Assembly: GCF_009914755.1 (NCBI RefSeq) | Contig: NC_060931.1 | Source of the DNA: the human T2T-CHM13v2.0 reference genome, Homo sapiens | Strand: one strand, 5' to 3' | DNA: 64,000 nucleotides | Shown: positions 57,636 through 64,000 of the stretch, one piece after another | Layout: each line of letters opens with the position of its first letter | Position numbering within the stretch: position 1 is the first letter of the stretch | Notes under the pieces: generated by a model | What the model saw: only the letters and a program-made list of their open reading frames with translations | Database searches by the model: none | Told to the model about the DNA's origin: nothing | Position numbers and translations under genes: made by a program

Positions 57636-58499
57636 GGGAACAGAGGTGCTAGAAGAAATGTAGTAGTAGCAAAAGGTGGGGTGGGGAGATAATAGGAGCT
57701 TCATATGTCTTGCTAAGAAGTTCAGGCTTTGCTTTTAGCACAGCCCCTCTTCTGCTAGCTTTGTTCAGGCCACCATCACCTTTGATGCAGATTACTACAA
57801 AAGCCACCCAAGGTGTATGAAATGAGAAAACACATACTTAAATTAACCCATGGCCAGGTTTTGCTGGTAACTTGGGAACACAGTAAGGGAAGGAAAATAA
57901 CTTTGTTGTGGAGAGGGCAAACCAAGGAAGGTCAGAAAGACATAGAGACAGTGGAAGCTCAAGGAACCGGAGGTTGTCCCAAAGTCATAAGGCGGATGTA
58001 ACGAGAGCACCAGAACAACAGAGCTGGAAGGAAGGAAGGAAGGAAGGATATGTTTAGAAAGCAAGATGTTCCCAGATGAATACTGCAGAGGTAGTATAAC
58101 TCAGTGCAACGATTGTACTGGGTAGGCAAGGTAGGGTGGCAGGGAAAGTCACTAGCAAACATGGCCACAATAATGGAAACTAAACTTTGTGTTTACCATG
58201 CACCAGGCTCTGTGCTACATGCTTTCTGTAGATCATCTCATTTAATCCTCACACAGGGATTTAAGCCTGAAGTTTTTTTCAGAGAAGACATACAAATCCC
58301 AAGTAAGAGCATGAAAAGATGTTCATTAGCATTAGTCATTAGAGGAAATGCAAATCCAAAGATCAGGGAGATACGACTTCACACCTTCAAGAATGGCTAT
58401 TCCCCTATAAAATAATATACTAAATCACTCTTTGAAACATAACATTTTCCACAAACTCACCTCTTTGAATTCACATTTTGCTTTGCCAGTGTTTTATGT

Positions 58500-58700
58500 T
58501 ATTCAGACATGAGTTTGAATCTCAGCATTTCTACTTCTGAGCCCTATGACCTATGAAAAGTGACAATTTCTCTGAATATCAATTTCCCAATCCAAAAAAT
58601 GGGAATACCTCTTGGAGTTGTGGTGAGGATTAAATAAGATAATGAATATAAAGTGCCTAGTATAGTAAGAGGCATATTATTGTTCAATAAATGCTAGCTG
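58500..58700 (+). mobile_element. MIR SINE
   Basis: 'gagtttgaatctcagc...gttgtggtgaggattaaataagataat...ttcaataaatgctagct'. Confidence 0.75.
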
Positions 58701-58923
58701 TGAATGCTACTGCTATAGTTATTTCATTCACTGTAGAAATGATTAATTTAAACTCCTTCAAGTAACTTACTAAAGAGTGAAAGTTCTCCAAAAGGCTTGA
58801 ATTTCACTGCAAACCTCTTTCCTTGTTTTGCTCTTTTATTCAGGACAATACACTTTGCTCAGGTGTGTCTTTGACTCTCAAGCATTGCTTTAAAGAATGA
58901 CCAGACTTTGTCATATACCATTC

Positions 58924-59461
58924 TTAAAGGAGTTCAGGACATGCCACCCCAAAATATGCTGCTTTCATATATTGATTATTTTGAGCTGATAGCACTTCAA
59001 CAGCAAATGCAAGAGAGACTTTTTCGGAACTCAGCTGCCTAAAAACAGATCCTCCAAAAGAAATTCAATTGCCATATATCCTCTCCCTGGGAGTTTTATT
59101 AATCAGCAAAGATACACTTTTATCACAAAACAGGAAACTGGAAGTCAACACCACCTACAGAAAAACTTTTTCATAAACTGTTATATCTCCCATTGATTCT
59201 TCTAAAAACCCATTCATCTTTCCCCAGAATCATTTACTCCACCCTAAGTGACTTACATCACCCCTCCCCATCCCCTGTTAACACAGTATGTAAGCTCTCA
59301 AATCTCTTTTAGGAGTATTCATTATTTTCCTGTGGCACCCCATGAACATAATATTAAAATGAATATGCCTTCTCTCTTATTAATCTGCCTGTTGTCAGTT
59401 TATTTCATAGACACAGCTATCGAACCTAGGAGAGTACAGGGAAATTCTTTCCTCCCCTATA
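58924..59461 (+). mobile_element. MER34/MER39-family ERV1 solo LTR
   Basis: 'aaggagttcaggacatgccaccccaaaatatgc...attattttgagctga' start; 'ttaatctgcct...gtcagttt...tttcctcccctata' end. Confidence 0.8.
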
Positions 59462-60880
59462 TGCTTAAATCATAAGATTCAACTGACATCAGCAATGAAA
59501 CAAACATTCAGAAAACTAAATTCAGAGACATTATATCTGGCTTTTCTGAGGGAGAATAATAAGAACTAATAGGCATTGTCAGGTAAGGCAATACAGATGT
59601 TTTTAATTAAATGATGTTTTTTCACCATGACCCACATCTTGAAAACACCTTCCTAATTAAAGACCAGTAGTCTTGAGTGATTCTTTGAAGAACATTTTTA
59701 CTTCCATTTGGTCTTTTCTTTATTGAGTTGATGAATCTGCTGGAATTAGATTCAGCGCACATAACATAAAATCCAAATAATGCTGGCTTAAGTTCATAAG
59801 GATTTATTTTTATCTTATGTAAAGAAGTCCGGACGTAGGTAATCCAGGGCTCGTGCTGCATTTTCTTACCATTGGGAACCCAGGCTCCTCTGTATTTCTA
59901 CTGTATTAAAGGACTGTCACCCTCAAGTTCAGCTCATGGTACAGATGGCGGTTGGTTCAAGATGACTGCTAGAACATCTGTCATCATGCCCAAATTCTAG
60001 CCAGCAGGAAGGAAGAAGGGAGGAAGGACAGAGGGGCTCATATCAGCTCTTTGTCCTCCTCTTAATTGGCATTGCCAGAATTCCCACCCATTAGTTTTTC
60101 CTTGCATCTCAATGGTAACGTCTAAGTGAAAAAAAGCCTGGGAAATATTTTCATTTATTATTATTTTTTTAACCCAGGCCCATTGGCCAGAATAAAACCA
60201 GCTTCCTTTTCCTAAGGAAGAAGGAGAAATAGAATTAAGGAACAGTCTCTGGCATAGCTTGTTCTCCATACTTTTACTTCCATCCAGAACTGAGAAGTTT
60301 AGACAACAAATCTCTTTTTGTCCACCCATTGCCTGCTTTGAGAATGCTTCTTCCAGAGTGCTACGCTCTCTTCTAATGACTTATTATCTTGGCAGACTGC
60401 ACTTTTCACACCCTCCATAGGCTGCAGTGATCCATTGGATGATTGTCCCATTATGTAGATAAGTTCCTATTGCTGGCTGTTTATGCTTTTCTCCCATTTT
60501 TAGGCTATTAGCAATCCTGCAATAAACATTCTCATAATTAAATTTGTATGAGAATTCTGTATTATTTATTTAGAAAAAGTTTATAGAAGTGGACTTACTG
60601 CATCAAAGAAAGGCACTTTTGTGGCTTTTGAATTGGCTAATGTCTTTTTTGGTTACCCAAGTTAAAAGATGATGGAAAATGTCGGGGGACAAATGCTCTA
60701 GAACCCGCTAGCATAGACCTACACTAAGTCTTATTCAAAAAGGTCCCTGTAAACAAAACCCTAGTTGACTTGCAGTAGCTACAGAATCATAACTGGTTTT
60801 TTGAGAGCAGAGATTCTCTCCGTTCCTCCCTTAGTGATACTTAGCCAGCTACTGGTAATTTGCTTATTATCAAAAGGAGC

Positions 60881-61226
<346 letters not shown>

Positions 61227-62374
61227 TTAGCCAGCGCATCAGAGAAGAACCCACACTTGATTGTCTTATTTTTCCCCCTACAATGCCCAGAGCAGTATTC
61301 ACACATTCATGAAAAGAAAACACATCACTTAGAACATTCGAATAGAGCACGTGTTTTTATTTTGCTCTTCTATGTTTTACCTCCACTTCTCCACAATTTT
61401 GATCCCTTCAAAAAAAAATCTTAACTAATTATTCTCTATATATTCTATTAGGAATCTTGGCTGTAGACTTAATCTTGAGGTTAGAAAGAAAATAGATCTT
61501 GAAGCCACTATTTTGGCACATTCTGTAATTCTTAGAATTTCCATTCTAACAATTTTCTGGATGAATTTAATAACCGTTTATATTTTATGAGCTAAAGTGC
61601 CAATTAAAATTATTCATTTACCATCTTTAAGACTTACTTGTCTGTTTTATTCAAATGCAATAAAAATGCGGAACTAATAAGAGTAACTCCCGATGAGTGT
61701 TCAACAAAGAAAAGAAAGAAAACATATTTTTTGGCGCACATTCAAATCATTTCCTTTTTCTGGTAGGGCCAAATCTTCTCATATTGGGAAAGGAAATTAG
61801 CTTTGCTTCAAAGCACTTTCTGAAGAGCAATTTACTAATGAGCTTAGGAATTCTCTGCCCTCATAACCCTCCTATACATTACCTGAACGCAGAGAAACTT
61901 GAGACGTTCAGCAAGGGAGGTAAGGCCAGGAGTGTTGAGGCGTCCAGGTCCGTCTGTGGAGTTCACTGCCACCTTCCTGTGTGGATTTCAGTCCTTGTTT
62001 TCCTGGATTTTGAGTTGCATTCTCAATACATTATTTTTATTTTTATTCATAGTGAAAATATTGAAGACTGAATTTTTTCTGAATTCATACAATTTATATG
62101 ACATGTTATTTTTTATTTTCTAAATATTTTACTGTTGAAGTAGTTCCTCTTTCACCCAAAAAAACTAATAGTTTTTGCTGTCTTTTTTTAATTTCTACGT
62201 GACCATTTCTTTAATATTTTGTAATTCACATTTAATTTTATTGCCTTGTAGTCAAGGAATATTTCTGAAAGGACTTCTGCTCTTTGGAACTTATTAAGAG
62301 TGTCTTTGAGGTTTAATATGTAATTATTATCTTAAAAATATTTAATGTATACTAAAATGTAAGACACAATTTAT

Positions 62375-62808
62375 TGCTGTGGAATTAAACAAAGACCATC
62401 CAAATGAGAACAAGCAATGGCTATTTACTCAGAGTTTGGGAGTCAGCCCACAGTTTCTTGTGTTGACAGAGACTCAAAAGGCTGAGTGGAAAAGCTTTGC
62501 AAGGGGGAAAAAAAGGCAGGGTCTCAGCTATGCCCTGATTGGAGGCTGCTGGCCTAGGGAAGTTGACCTGAAGCACAGCATCTTATCGGATTGCTTAAGG
62601 GTGCATATTTACCTTTCTCCTATTGGTCCTAAGTTAGAAGCAAGGGAAACAATTAAAGGAGCTATCAGTTATGAACCAAGTTCTGGGTTTGTTGGGCTAA
62701 TTGCTATGGTGGTATTGTTTGGCTTCCTGAGCTGGTTGCTGCAGGTTGTGGATAAGAGTTCTATTTTATGTATATGGTCTGGCCATTGTCTATATGTTCA
62801 GTCTCTCA
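62375..62808 (-). mobile_element. ERV1-class solo LTR (MER67-like)
   Basis: Minus strand begins TGAGAGACTGAACATATAGACAATGGCCAGACCATATAC, matching a recalled MER67-type start. Confidence 0.6.
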
Positions 62809-62947
62809 ATGCATTATTTGTACTTATTCTTTTGAATTTGCCTTTACTAATTATGGTCTCTATATTGTCTCTTTTTATATACATATTTTTTGCCTGTTTA
62901 ACGTATGATAGATGACTAAAAGTGCTATTAAAAACTTTCACACTTTT

Positions 62948-63255
<308 letters not shown>

Positions 63256-63401
63256 AGAGAAAAGAAAAGCCTTTCACACTTTCTCTCATCTTTTAGTATT
63301 TTTGATCAATGTTTGTTTTATACATTTCAATGGTTTATTATTTGGTTCCTAAAGGCTCCTGATTAGCATATCTTTAATGTATGTTTGTGTATGTATGTTG
63401 A

Positions 63402-63438
63402 TCTCTCTCTCTCTCTCTCTCTCTCTCATACACACACA
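63402..63438. repeat. (TC)13 plus short (CA)n microsatellite
   Basis: Read directly from sequence. Confidence 0.9.
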
Positions 63439-64000
63439 TAAGTCTTTTCATTTATTAGCTTTGCTTTAAACTTTGCTAATGTGATATTAATATTATGTTT
63501 ATCTATCTTCTTTTTATTGCACTTGTTTGCCAAGCACCGAACTAAGCATTTTAAATAATATCACATTTTTGTAACTGTTTTGGCATTTATCTTCTTCATT
63601 GTGACTTTACTTGAAATAATTATCAATGTGTATTTCTATATTTGAGTGTTTCAATACTTATCAAGAGTTTTCTTCCCCATTCTTGGTTCCTGTGTTTCGA
63701 CACAGCTCTCAACTTTCTGTAGTACTTTGGGTAGTATTTTTTTTTTCAAGAAGTCATTGGATAAGATTATAAACACCTGGCATTTCTTTATGAGCCTTTT
63801 TCTTCACTCCACAACAATAATGATTTAGATGGGTATAGAAATCTTGAATTCATAACTCAAATCTCCATAGATGTTGCTCCATTTAATTCTGGTATTTTGT
63901 GTTACCAAAAAAAAATCTAAAGTCAGTCCAAGATTTCTTTCTTGATAGGTTATCCAATTTTGTCTTTTGTTTCTGATTTTTTTTTTTTTAGATTTCATGC

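Noticed and set aside
62379-62915. Longest ORF in the track (178 aa, hydrophobic C-terminus)
   Set aside because: GTG start, lies within an antisense ERV1 LTR and T-rich flank, and has no recognisable protein family.

Overview
Human genomic DNA from the 5' part of NPSR1 (neuropeptide S receptor 1, also GPR154/GPRA, chr7p14) on the + strand. It holds about 16 kb of upstream sequence, coding exon 1 (16216-16362), a 26-kb intron 1, coding exon 2 (42355-42487) and the first 21.5 kb of intron 2. The rest is mostly interspersed repeats: 14 Alu copies or fragments, a near full-length L1PB-type LINE with its target-site duplication (TSD) and five nested elements, a solo HERV-H LTR (LTR7B-like) 3.1 kb upstream of the ATG, several MaLR/ERV1 LTRs, DNA-transposon MITEs, ancient L1 remnants and microsatellites. 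The most intriguing non-obvious signal is a non-repetitive stretch at about 640-2090. Its minus-strand translation carries collinear motifs resembling bornavirus nucleoprotein, with a possible degenerate TSD and poly(A) remnant, so it is a candidate ancient endogenous bornavirus-like N element. That call comes from by-eye comparison only and needs a profile search. Repeat subfamily names come from recalled consensus sequences, not a database run, and most repeat boundaries are approximate.
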